Assembly: GCA_964057225.1 (NCBI GenBank)
Contig: OZ059898.1
Location: 11,036,001 to 11,100,000, forward strand
DNA from: Auanema rhodensis
Lineage: Eukaryota; Animalia; Nematoda
Reading direction: 5' to 3'
DNA: 64,000 nucleotides
Shown here: positions 29,537 through 42,134 of the stretch, in pieces
Layout: each line of letters starts with the position of its first letter
How positions within the stretch are numbered: position 1 is the first letter of the stretch
Translations under genes and position numbers: made by a program
The notes under the pieces: model-generated
What the model saw: the letters and a program-made list of their open reading frames with translations, nothing else
Told to the model about the DNA's origin: nothing
Databases searched by the model: none

Positions 29537-32500
29537 TATAACTATAATCAGAGCAATATATAATAAAATATAGGTAGATAACAAAAATTAAATAGCAAAG
29601 TTGTCAATAAAAAAAATGATTTTCAAATATAACAACATGAATAATCAAACTTTTGATCGTTACACTGTAAATCTATATGATCTCTATCAGATGTTAAATT
29701 CATGAAAGTTAGAGGCCGCTATACATAGAACGGAAATATATGTTTCTATAGGCATACAAACATGTACATATTTATGTACTATATGATCAATGTTATTTAA
29801 TAAATTTGGCTGATTTATGGTTAGAAATCATCGTAAGCATTATAAAATATATTAAAAAATCAGAAAATGAGTTTTAGATGGCGATTGAAGAAATGAAAAT
29901 ACATCTAATTTTCTTGTTTTTTTTTTCATAAATATTATAGTACATTAGCATAAACAGTCATAAACTCAATAAATGTTCACGGCAGATATTACGTGCATTT
30001 TTTTTTATCAGACGCTTGAGAGCGGTTGTGCTTTGCATCTCTCTTCTCACCTCTCTCTATCATTACATTTCCACACCTCAAAACCTATTATTCTCCGTTC
30101 GCTCTCTCCAAATTTAACTTTTTATTTTTTCTATCACTCTTCTTACACTCTTTCGAGTTTACAAGGTCTCGATATCATACTTCATTTCTTGTTACTATTT
30201 TTGATCATCTTCTTCACCTTCTATAATTTCTTGGAATGTTCACACGTTCTTTCTTCATTCAATTATTTTCTTTCAAAGTTGATTAACACTGAAATTACTT
30301 CGAAATTTGATAGTGATACATAGTATAGTGTAGAATTTATTTACTAAACAATAAATTAGTAACATAAGAGCAGAGAAAAGTGAAATGTAGTAGCTCGTGT
30401 AGACCTTCGTAGACACATACGAGAAATTAAACAGATACATGTATGAATCGTATTCTATCATATAGAAGAAATTACCGGTTGTTAGAATTACGATGACGGT
30501 TTTCTCTTTTTCTCTTTCTTTCTCCAGCCCTTTCTTACTATCTAGCTTCTCCTTTGCCTTTTTTCTCGTTTTCTTGCTATTTCTCTTCAAATTAGTTGTC
30601 TACAACAATATCTTGTCCTCTCTCTCTCTCTTCCAAATTTGAACTGTATTTTTAATTTCTCTGATTGATCATTTCAATCTATTGAAATCATATAAATGAA
30701 TACATCAATAGTATGTAGTTTCTTTATTTCATGAGTCAACTAAACAGTTTTCTAACTATTTGCTCACTTCTCCCTACAAATATTTAATCATTTAAGGAAA
30801 TGTTTCACTCAAATTTTTTTTTAAAAAAGCTAGAAAGATCTAAAACCAAACGATTCTAAGCTCAAGTTTAATATTTTGATGATCGCTTAGATCATAAAAT
30901 TACACAATTTTTTCGTATATTAGCCTGGTTAATAGAATTTTATCTCAAAACACTAAGCAGACGTATCATAAACCTTGATTAGTTTATTCTGGCACTTTTT
31001 TCTGATAATTTCATTTCAAACAATTTACACAAATATCTTTTATTTTAAAATAAGAAAGTAGATATCTAGACATGCATATCGGTCACTAATTGAACTGTAA
31101 ACTAGATATCAAAGAATATCAATTTTTAGGGACATTAAAGACCCTTCTGACCAAGGGTAGAGTAAACTTTAGTGGGACAGTTGATGCCAAAACTGGAAGA
31201 AAAAAGGAAACTTTTTAATTTCTTCTATCGATTCAATTCGTAAATGTTCAACTCTTTCATGCCAATGAGAGAAAATGAGAAGAAGAGGAAGAATGGAAGA
31301 ATGAGAGGATGTAGCGAAGGTAGATAAAGAGATTTAAAGACAAGAATTAAGATTGAAAGATATCTTGCAAACCATTTTTCGTTTATAGATCGATGCTGCA
31401 AAATCAAAAAAATGATCGACTATAGATTATAATATGATCAGAAGTTACAGTTTAACAGTTATTTTTAGTGGTTAAAGTCTTGGGTGCGATGTGACCGCTG
31501 GCTGATATTGAGAAAGCATATGATGATAGATGAATTATAAAAGTAAAACAGGTAAAACTGATATATAGATGAATGATAATGAATGATCGACTAATCTAAA
31601 ATGAAATCAATGCGGACCAGACAGAAATGTGAAAAGTCTCGTAATCGTCAACAGAAATTTTCAATAAAAAAAGGAAACGAAATGATATTTTAGTTATGTG
31701 TAAACATACTATCTGTTCTGAATTATAATTGTTTTAAAGAAAACTTAGCGGAGAATAAACCGTTGAAAAGAAGAAATTAAAAACACACCCACATCAAGTC
31801 ATTCACAAGAAATTTTCCAAATTAAAAAGCTTAGACCACTGATTCTTCCTGTTATTTAGAAGTTCATCAGGGTATTGCAAGTGCCATGTGATTTTAATGA
31901 AGAAATTTTTAGAAAAGCAGGTTGCTTAACTTTTCATTTCATGTTCTATATATGAATGTATGTACAATCACGGTTGAAGATTGAAAAATTGATTATATTA
32001 TACTACAAAATCAACAAATAGATATTCTTGATTGAAGCACAGAAAAAAATGATTGAAATTGAATAAGTTAATGATTTGTTTTTCATTTCATCTGTGAAAG
32101 TTTGTTTTAAAAAATCAACAAATTTTATAAATAAATAAAATGAAAATTGGAATTTATACCAAAAAAAAATATAATTTATAACCTGCTTATAATTTTCGGG
32201 GATATCATACTCTTTGTCGATTTTCTTGAGCTACTCTTATTTCTATGACAAGATGAATGAAAAATATACATATGCAACACAATGAAAAAATACTGCAAAT
32301 CTGGTTATATAAGTATATATACATCAGCAATATTATAAACGTCAGTGTGTTGAAACCAGAGCTTCTGAACGGAAAAAAACGAAATTATTGTGTTTCGTAT
32401 TGATGTTGATATGGAAAATAGATATCATCTATAGCATTGGTAATGCTTCTCCAAGCTCTGGCAAGGTAAGATATAATTAAGGAAGAGTGATTAAGATCAT

Positions 32501-33670
32501 TGAATACCTAATGAGGAAAACACCGATAAAACACCGTCAATAAGTTATTATATATTTCTTTTTATAGATATAGGTGTATATTCCATTTTCATCTGATGTT
32601 ATATTTTTTTTTTTGCAAAAAAAAGTGAAACATTTCCTCTCATCAATACAAGTTCATTAGAAGTTCATTAGCAATTGTTGGAATCTCTGATGGAAGCAGG
32701 TAGGACACGCCGTGAGCCGGACTGGTCTACGCATAACATGTCGCATTCTTCCGGATAGTAAACGGAGACCCGACCTGTTTACGATGCTGATTCAACTTCA
32801 ACAGTGTCTTCATATTGCACCCTTCCTAACTTTTAATTTATGTTCTGTCTTATTTAATTATTTTAATTAATTTGAAATGAATATTATTTTATTAATATAA
32901 ATTTTTCTATATTTTTAAATAGATATTAAAAAAACTATATAAACAAATCAAGTGACTGTCTAGGGTAGGGGAGTGCGAAACAAAAAGCGAATGAACTAAC
33001 TTTGAAAAATCGCTTCGTGAAACTAGACAAAAGTCTATACAGGAATTCATACACATCAATGAAATTTTAAAATTATGGTTGCTTTCGGCCTTGTGATGAT
33101 GCACGCAATATGCAAATTGTATATTTTGTCTTTACGTGATAAGTAAACATTTTTTGATATCAAATCATGTGCTGACATCGATTAATTTTAGTTAAAGATA
33201 TATGTTGTTCTGCAACTTCTCATATACCTTGCGTTGTCTCTTCTTCACCTTTCCCTATTATATTTTCCATATTTGCATTTCTGTCTCTTTCTCTATGGCA
33301 TAGTCTTGGCTCTCAACTGAGACTATTCAATGACTCAGGGTAACATGATGACACGATGACCCAGTTTTACTAACGTACGGGACCTTTTCCATTTTAGTTT
33401 TACTAGTATATCCCATGCTGTCGTCGATTATTCCGGCTTTCCAATCGAAAATAATCGGTTAGCGCGCTATCCAGCAGGTCTTGGACCTACTCCGGCTTCT
33501 ACGAAGGCGGAGCGTACTGAAGTCATGCTCTAGTCAAACGCGGACTGTTGCGTCGCGTCATGCCTCGCTTTTCTTAGATTTTGTTGACGTCATTGTATTA
33601 GAACATATGTAAGCCAGGACCGTATATGCACATTAAACAGAGAAAACTAATACCCACTATTCCCCCATAG

Positions 33671-33715
33671 ACGAGCTTGTGATTCATTCAGCTTTTCACA
33701 CTTGATAAGTGCTGA
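33671..33715 (+). other. Possible non-coding 5' exon of sid-3
   Basis: cccatag acceptor at 33670 and GA|gtaagt donor at 33716, which could join the ttacag acceptor ending at 33916. Confidence 0.35.
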
Positions 33716-33930
33716 GTAAGTGCTGCTATCGATTTGATTATCTCTAGGCCTTAGTTTATTGTCGATGAAAGCTGACTCCTATAGTCATCACTATTGTATT
33801 GAAGATGACAAGTCATCGTATTCATCTATTTTTGTTCTTTAATGCATTAAATATACTTATTTTTTCGTTAAAATTCAACGCGTTTATTGAAAAAAAAAAT
33901 TTCTCTTTTATTACAGTTTTTGCATGAATT

Positions 33931-36900
33931 ATGGTTGCACAGCATTTTCATGATGTAACTGTCGAAGAGGCTGTATTGGATATCTTAAAAGAAGCAGGAT
34001 TAATAAGATGGCAACAACAGATTCTTTTTGGTTTGCAAATCCGTAAAGTCCAGCATTTTGCGCTCCATCAGGATAAAGAATTTAAGGTAAAGAGGACATC
34101 CTACTGACACCAAATTTTAATTAAACAACCGGTCCATGAGTATAAGTTAAGTAAAATGAAAAACAGACGTGTAGGCAGGGATTGCGCGTCAAAAATTTCA
34201 AAATAAACATTGCGAAACACAGTAAACGCTTGCCGATGGGATAACTAAATTTTTTCTTAACATCATTTGATATACATTCTTCGTTTTTATTCAGTTATCA
34301 CTTAGGTATGGACTAATTACAATATTTCAGGAAATGGGTATGATACCTGATGAAATCAAACGCTTGCGAGCTTCTGTGCAAATTAGAAGAAATAGTTCAT
34401 CGTCTAAAACTGTTATTGTAAAAAATGAGAATGATTCTGCTCAAATTACTATAGACCCTAACAAGACAGACATCACGAAGGAGCAGGTAGTCTAATTATA
34501 TTTTTTAACCAATTGTTTGATTCAATTTTTTAAGATCAAGTTAATGGAAAAGATAGGTGAAGGCACTTTTGCCGTTGTTAAACGAGCTTTGTGGTACCAT
34601 CCTGATGGAAGGAAAATCGATGTAGCAGTAAAAATATTAAGAGATATTTCTCCTCTAGTTATGGAAGATTTAAAGGTAAATTTTAAAAATATATTTCCTT
34701 GAATATTTTTAAATTGTTTAGGTTGAAGCTGGACATTTATTGAATTTGCAACATCCACATCTTATACGATTATATGGCGTTGTACAACATCCAGCGATGA
34801 TGGTGAGTCATTTATCTTAATATTTTACGTGCTTTTTTTATAATCATTTTACAATGTTCGTTGTCATAAGTTTTAGTTTCTGAGAAAATAAGTTTATTCT
34901 TCACGGCTTCTTCGCTGAGATTGAAGAAAAAACTAGTTTTCGCAGTGTTGACGTACTACTGGACGCTACGGCGTTTCCTTTTTCAAGCTTGTCAAACATT
35001 TTTTTATATATCTGAAATATAAGAGCATGTTATTTAGGTTTTCGAATTATGCGAGGGAGGTTCTTTATTAGAAAGACTGAGGGATTCAAACAAACCCGTG
35101 TTATTATTAACAACACTATTGGAATATTGCCTTCAGATAGTCAAGGTATTATAATGGTTTATGTTGCGATATAAATCTAAATGTACAGGCAATGGCATAC
35201 TTGGAATCAAAACATTGTGTACATCGTGATTTGGCTGCGCGTAATATTTTGATTACTAAAGATGAGAAGGTAGGTATATTTCTGATATACTTATGTAAGA
35301 TATGAATTAATCACAGAATGTAAAAATTTGTGATTTTGGTTTGATGAGGAATCTAAAAGAAAATGAGGAAATGTACATAATGGGTCCTCAAAAAAGAGTG
35401 CCTTTTTCTTGGTATGTCAGATATTTACTTTTCTTTTCACTGAATAATTGTATTAAGGTGTCCACCTGAGTCACTCAAACAAAGGAAGTTCTCACATGCT
35501 TCTGATGTGTGGGCTTTCGGAGTTACCGTCTGGGAATTGTTCAGCTACGGAGAAGATCCATGGATTGGATGTAGAGCTATTGATGTATATATGCATGAAT
35601 TAAACGTATTCTATGATTATTTTTTAGGTTTTAAAATTATTGGATAAGGGAGAAAGATTAAAAAAGCCAGATTATTGTTCTGAACAAATTTATGATATTA
35701 TTTCCTTGTGTTGGAATGTGAATCCTGATGCTCGACCCAAATTCACACAATTAAAAGGCTTTTTACAGCAGGTTTATTTAACAATGTTTATTTTATACAT
35801 TTATTTAAATAATATGGTTCAGGCTCAATTTAATATGGCTGAAGTGAGGGAACTTCATAGGGATTCCGGTGAAAAAGTGATGAACATTGAAATTGGAGAT
35901 AAGCTTATAGTCACACAGAACACGTAAACTTAATACAATTTCTCGAAAGTTAATTTCATTTTAAGTGGTGTTGTTTGGCAAGGACAGAACATACGAACTC
36001 GCGAGTTTGGAACATTCTTAAGATCATGTGTTTTCGTTCATGGAAAAGGATTGGGTACAACTCATGCCCCTACCTCATCACCTAAGCCAGTTTCATCCGT
36101 AGCAGTCTCTACACCACCAACTAGACCATTGCCTCCTGTTCCAGCTCACGAGGATCCAGGAGGTCATAGTAAAATCTCTCTTCCTGTCAGAGGTACTAAT
36201 TTTACGTTCTAAGTAGTATTACAAATATGTTCCAGGCTCGTTTATTCATGCAGGTCATGGAGACGTTGGTGGCAAATCATGGGGAGATCCTGCCAAGATT
36301 GATGCTATTTACTTGAAGAATCCAATCGTAGGGCCCCCAGTTGAATTGCAAGTTTAGATCTCTTTATGATTATTCTGTTTTTTTTTAGAGGAATACCTTA
36401 TATTGTCGGAAACTCATCTCTAACTAGTCCTGTTAGAACAGCTCCTCCTCCACCACCTGCTGGTGGAAATTGTATGTTTAACTTTTCTATTTCTGTTTCA
36501 AAGTATATGATTTCAGCCAAACCAACGACATTGTCAGTACGTACGGTTACTGATCCTTTACATCCTGACTGGGGAGATTTTGATGCAGCTCAGTCGCCTT
36601 CTTTCTCCCCAAGTGAAATTAGATTAGGTGCATCGACGAATCCGCCTCCTGTACCCAAAGGTGACAATTTTTCTTCATATTATTTTAATTATTTTTTTAA
36701 AGCTGCCCCTGTACCTATATTTAGTAATACTAGCACATCTGTTTCTGTAAGACCTGATCACCATCATAATGCTCGAGATATTTGGATGTCTTCAACCCTG
36801 TCTCATGCATCCAATGCTTCAAGTTTTATTATACCTACAGCTAATGGAACAAGTATATTTTATATGGTGTTCATTATGCGTTTTTTTTGCTTCAGCTAGT

Positions 36901-39869
36901 ATTAACATGCCAACACTGTCTGTCAAGAAGGAACAACCACCTCTTATTTCACAACAAACTGCAGCTACTTCCTTTTCTTCAACGGATTTAGTTGCACGAT
37001 CAATAAAATCTTCTTCCGTGGTTTCTTCTTCTTCATCGGCTTTAAAAACACCACTTGGAAACGGAACACCGAGACCTTTGCCTCAAATTCAGTCTATTCC
37101 AAGACCTGGTAGTGAATCCAGAAGAAGTGAAAATCGTACTCCACCTACTATTAATTCAAATAGTTTTCTTAATACGGTAAATTCTTCTTCTTTTTCATTC
37201 ATTGTTCAAACGTTTAGATACCACCAGCGTCGTCTTCGTTGGCATATTCAAACCATGTTACTACTCCGATCGAAAACAGTACTATAGCAGGTTCTAAAAA
37301 GTCATCTATAGTGCCCCCACAAGGATTGAATAAACGCATTTTGGATGAATTGAACATGAAAATAAAGCCATCTAATGGTAATTTATTAAGAAAATCTTTT
37401 AGAAATTTCAAATGATTTCCTCGAATAAATATAATGCTTTTTACATCATTATAATTTTTGTTTTCTTTAAGGCTCTGTGAATACTCTAACACCAACTTTC
37501 GATCCTGCCCAAAACTTTGTCAGATTCACATCGACCGGCATAACGGTGTCCCCGTCTAAGGACCCATTCATTGTACGTCTTTATATATGCTTTTTTATCA
37601 CTATATCTTGATGCATTATCGTTTGATATGTTTGTGACTCACATCATTATCATTTAGGTTCCTCAGAGCAGTATTCAATTGTTGGAAAGAGAGCGTTATA
37701 ATAATATTTTGGAAAATAGAACTAAGCAGCAATTGCAGACAAATATCTCGATTACTGTTTGTGTTTAAAATATTCTTGTTAATTATTAATGTTGTTTCAG
37801 CCTCAAGCTAATTCCATTCCAACTCCGCGTCCTCATTCTACTACAGGTGTGCCAATCAACAGCTCAGTACGTCATTTCATAATGAGTTCGTTATCTTAAT
37901 ACAACACGTTTCAGCAGGTCCCTTGTCTTACGCCCACGCTATTGCCAATACCTTCTAAGCCTCCAACACCGACTTCAAACAAGTATGTTTCTGCTCGTTC
38001 ATGAAATGATCACTTTTGTTCTCTTATAGTCTTGCCCCTCATGCTCCTCCACATATTGGTAGATCAGAATCGCAGAATCGAAATAGTCATCTCCAAGCCT
38101 TTTCTGTGCGTAATACCGCGAATGTTCATGGATCTTCTGCTCCTAACCTTTCACAAACACTTCCTCTCAATTTCTCTTCGGTGCGAACTCATTCGGGTTC
38201 ATCGTCTGACACTATGTCTATCAAAGATATTAATAAGTCATCAGTAGTACGACCCCCTAGTAATATAGTTTCCCAGACTGTAGACACTACTACTCATTGT
38301 GCCCATGAAACCAAAAAACCAGGGAGCAGAATATCTGCAATACCTTTCATACCAGCTCATAATACAGTACCTGTTTCATTGCCGAATCCAACTCCAACAA
38401 AAATCCAAACTGCTGCTAATATTACTACTGTTAGTTCCGCTCCGGTGTCAACAGGAACATCGACATTGTCAACATCTGGAATTACCATGCGGCCAAATAA
38501 AGCACAATCTGCACATGCTGAAACAGTAGATGATCGTCGATCTCGCATTGATGAAGAAATAAGTAATTTACTTGGAGCTCCAAGTCCTTTACTGTTAGGT
38601 GACAAAGCTACTTCTAAAAATACGACCACAAACTCATCAACGAAGACAACTTTTTCAGAGGTTTGTTTAATAACATATTTTTATATAGACTTGCCCCTTG
38701 GAATTGCTTCCTTTGTTTTAGCTGAATATGCCTAAAGCAGCTTCGACATCTTCGCTACCAAGGCAGCCAACTCCTTTGTCAACATCTTCACCTTCGTCTT
38801 CTCAGCGGGTGAAACCTCAAACCGACCCTCTGCCTATTTCCCTCAACAACGTGTTGGAACCAACCCGTTTACCCATAAGTTCTAGCTCTACTCCAAATCC
38901 TCCGGTAGTAGATAAAACCGTCGAGGTAGGTCATTTTTTTTCTTTACCGAATCTGCTTCGAACCTTCGCATGCTGATTTCAGATTAATAGCATAATGAAC
39001 GCCTTTAACTATTCTTCCCAATATCCACCTTTTGTCCCCCAACTCTCTATGCCAGCTCAGGTGTGACATAACATAATTTTCCTATTTCTTTCTAGTGTTT
39101 CCTCGAAACTTTTGTTGAACTGATCTTTTTGAGTTTTATCTTAATAAGCGTTTTATTTTAGATTCCTTTGTTCGCATTGAATAACAGCCAGCGTCCAGCC
39201 CATCCCCCATATCCGAATATAATTAATCAATCTATGATAACTTCAAATATGATGAATCCAAACCCAATGAATTATGGTAAGTATATGCTGATCAAATGTA
39301 AATTTTTGTTTTTGTTTTCTACAGGCTGTCAACCTGCTCTTACTAATACACCTTACATTCCTATAAATAACACTCCAAGCTCTTCAATGTTCACCATAGG
39401 AAGTTCTGACGATATTTTGGATGCTCTCGATCCTTATCGAAGGGTAGCTTTTGTACGTATTAACCTTCACACGTTCTTTTGTTGTAGACTCCTGTTGCAA
39501 GCTCTTCTTCTGTGTCTTCGAATGATACTTCTAGAGAAGGCGATATAAGTAGAGCTAGTCAGATGGAAATCCTTTATAAAGAAGCTTCATTTGTAGAGTA
39601 TGTTTTATTTTTTGAAAGCATTTGAGTAATATTTCTTCCTTAGGCCTGCAAAGTGTGATGAAATGGTAAATCAATGTAGAGGTGATATTGCTTCAGCTCT
39701 GAAAGAGTTAAAAATGGAATTTTTGGTAGTGAATTTGATTATAGTAATCTCATAATTATTATTATTTAAGATGGAATGTGCAATTGCTGCTGATAAAGGT
39801 CGAGCTTTTTCTGCATTGGAACAATCTGGTTGGGATTTGAATAGAGCCGCAGAGCTACTTACCGGATAA
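33931..39869 (+). CDS. sid-3: ACK-family non-receptor tyrosine kinase (SAM-kinase-SH3-CRIB-Pro/Ser-rich-UBA), SID-3 orthologue
   Basis: More than 25 exons. N-terminal SAM-like region (33931-34086, 34331-34486). Kinase motifs [83 protein letters not shown]-terminal UBA-like [18 protein letters not shown]. The kinase wording closely follows C. elegans SID-3 as I recall it. Confidence 0.92.
34880..34945 (+). ncRNA. Candidate pre-miRNA-like hairpin in sid-3 intron 4
   Basis: Two 24-nt arms with 21/24 pairs (one G-U) and an 18-nt loop. No known miRNA recognised. Confidence 0.3.
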
Positions 39870-40898
39870 ATAAGTCATGTAATATTCTGAATTATATCAT
39901 ACCTCATTAGTTTTAGAAATGTATATACATAGCTATATTTTTAATCTTTTTACTGGGTTTTCTTTTATTTGCATTTTTTCTTTTTACCAAATGTGATAGC
40001 TCAAGTTGTATAGGTTCTAATGTGATACGGTCAGTCTTTAAATTGGCGCATTTCAAATACGGTTCACTTTTCAGAAAAAAAGATCTGAAATTCACTTATA
40101 CATATTTTCATTTTAAAAGCTTTAGACAGAATAGTCGTTTTTTTGATCATTTTGTACTTGAAGTGCCCTCAGTCTTTGAGCATTTATTTAACCATGTGGT
40201 AATCAGTTAACTCTAATCTTTGCCATGTTGTACATAGATGAATAATATTTATAAAATAGTTCAATTCACTTATTAGCATTCGAATATATATAACGATATA
40301 TACAGGGAAATCGTATTAAAAGTTCCTGCATATGAATATGCAGTGATTATTGCCAGAGAGACACACAGAGAAGGAAAGGTTGTAATTGAAAACGAAAACA
40401 TACAATTTACCGTAATTTTCAATTGTGGTTTTCAATACAACAGAGGGGCCAAAAGAAACAGTTCGATAATATATATAAGAGGTAAGTGATGTATGTTTGG
40501 GTTGTATCGTAAAAGCTATGGTGTGGAAAGGCAAATGAGCAAATATGTTGTAAAATTCAGATGTGTTATATAGATTAACACAAAGGTGAAAGTGATTTTT
40601 GACTTTCAAATAGTAAGACAGATGTTGGATATTAGTCTCTTTTTTTTCAGGAGATTCTGGCCTTAGCAGAATAAGAAATAAGAACAACTAACTTGTAGTA
40701 TCCAGCAATACTGCATTTCAATTTATAAATCTGGACCGGAAAATAAAACTAACTGATGATATGTGGGTATTTAAGTCTGGTAAACTTGGGATGAATTACT
40801 TAAAAATTATTTTCAAGAATTAGAAATAAATTTGAAACGTCTCCGAAAAAGTTTACGAACTTTCCTAGTATTTTGAAAATTCTGGAAGTACTCTCTGT

Positions 40899-42134
40899 TT
40901 ACTGATAGCGCTTGATGAAACGGCCATCAACTTTTGGTGGATTTTTCGTTTTACGGAGGTGAATTGGCACGTAATCCTCTGGATAATCGGGAGGTAATTC
41001 CACTATAGATGGTGGCTGAGGAGAGACGGAATAGTTTGACATCTGAAAATATCTCATTTGAATATTTAAAAAAAATTTGCTCAGTCATTATTATTAACAC
41101 CAATTTATTAATACTTGTAGATGATATTGACTTCCCCTTTTTGGCACAAATTAAAACAATAAATAATCATTTCATAGCATCAATTTTTGGTTTTATCACA
41201 TAAGAAAATTTTACAAATAGAAGACACATTTTGCTACTAACCCAGAAAAGCAAACATTTTTTGTCAAAATATTTATAGAGTGGTTCTGGTTATCTATAAG
41301 CTTGCACGAAAGAGTAAAACTATTAAAACTTTCTACTTGACAATAGCACTTCAAGAAAATGGTCAAAAACTTAATATTCTCCATCTCGCTCACGGAATCT
41401 TTACATTTAGAACTTGAAAGAGTCTGGGAAAGAATTTGTGTTTTACTTACATTTGCCTATTTATAAGTGATGTTAATATGGTTATCTATAAGCTTTAATA
41501 AAAAAAAGTGTGTTACCTGACTACTACTGGAGTCATCGTTATCACTTTGCCCATAATCTTGTCTTCTCTGAGATGGAGGAGAAAGAGTTCCATCAGAATC
41601 TTCCTCCTTTATTACAGTCTCTGGCCTGAAAATTTTCAAATTGTTTGCCAATTACAATAAAAATAAAGATTTTATGGTCAAAGTTTTAGTTATCTGATAC
41701 CTTTGGAAAAGAGCGGTGCTTAAAGCTGGTCTACGAGGGCCCTGTGGTTTAACTTGAAGTCCATATTGAGCACCGTTTGCACGGATGGTCTGAAAATAGA
41801 AAGTAATTGAGATAAACTAAAAATTATAGATCATTTTTTATAAACAAAAGGTGAAAAAACTGTTAAGCTCATGTATCAAATATGTTGATAGTTATCGCTG
41901 AACACACAGATAACACATCATTCTTTTGTTAATTTTCGGGTTATACAAGTACCATAAACTTTTTTCACTGTTCAATTTTCACAAAAAACTTTAACGATAT
42001 GTTAAGAGTGTAGAGCATACTCTATAAAATCCCATTTTTCCACGAGTAGCAACGAACTGCATTCCTTGAAACTCTGGTCTAGGGATCTCCATCCTACCCA
42101 TTTGGCAGATACTGTCTCGGAGAGCGGCAGTCAT
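40899..42134 (-). CDS. Uncharacterised spliced protein (~160 aa; both ends uncertain)
   Basis: Phase-compatible exons 42137-42021, 41789-41701, 41625-41517, 41423-41394, 41042-40899: MTAALRDSICQMGRMEIPRPEFQGMQFVATRGKMGFYRTIRANGAQYGLQVKPQGPRRPALSTALFQRPETVIKEEDSDG...IVELPPDYPEDY...GRFIKRYQ*. No family recognised. Confidence 0.7.

Noticed and set aside
273-33104. Dozens of 60-120 aa Phe/Leu/Ser- or Lys-rich ORFs in the supplied track
   Set aside because: They arise from AT-rich, CT/GA-skewed non-coding DNA and show no motifs; only those overlapping the reconstructed TSC22 exons are partly real.
33320-33520. U3 snoRNA, RNase P/MRP or telomerase RNA identity for the structured island
   Set aside because: Only fragmentary resemblance (GACTAT...CAGGG); no ordered box set, no P4 pairing and no TTAGGC-complementary template seen.
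34180-34203. E2F/CHR-like pair GCGCG...TTCAAA in sid-3 intron 1
   Set aside because: Non-canonical spacing, and short motifs are expected by chance.
41287-41495. 17-bp direct repeat TGGTTATCTATAAGCTT in two neighbouring introns
   Set aside because: A single short duplication with no element between the copies.
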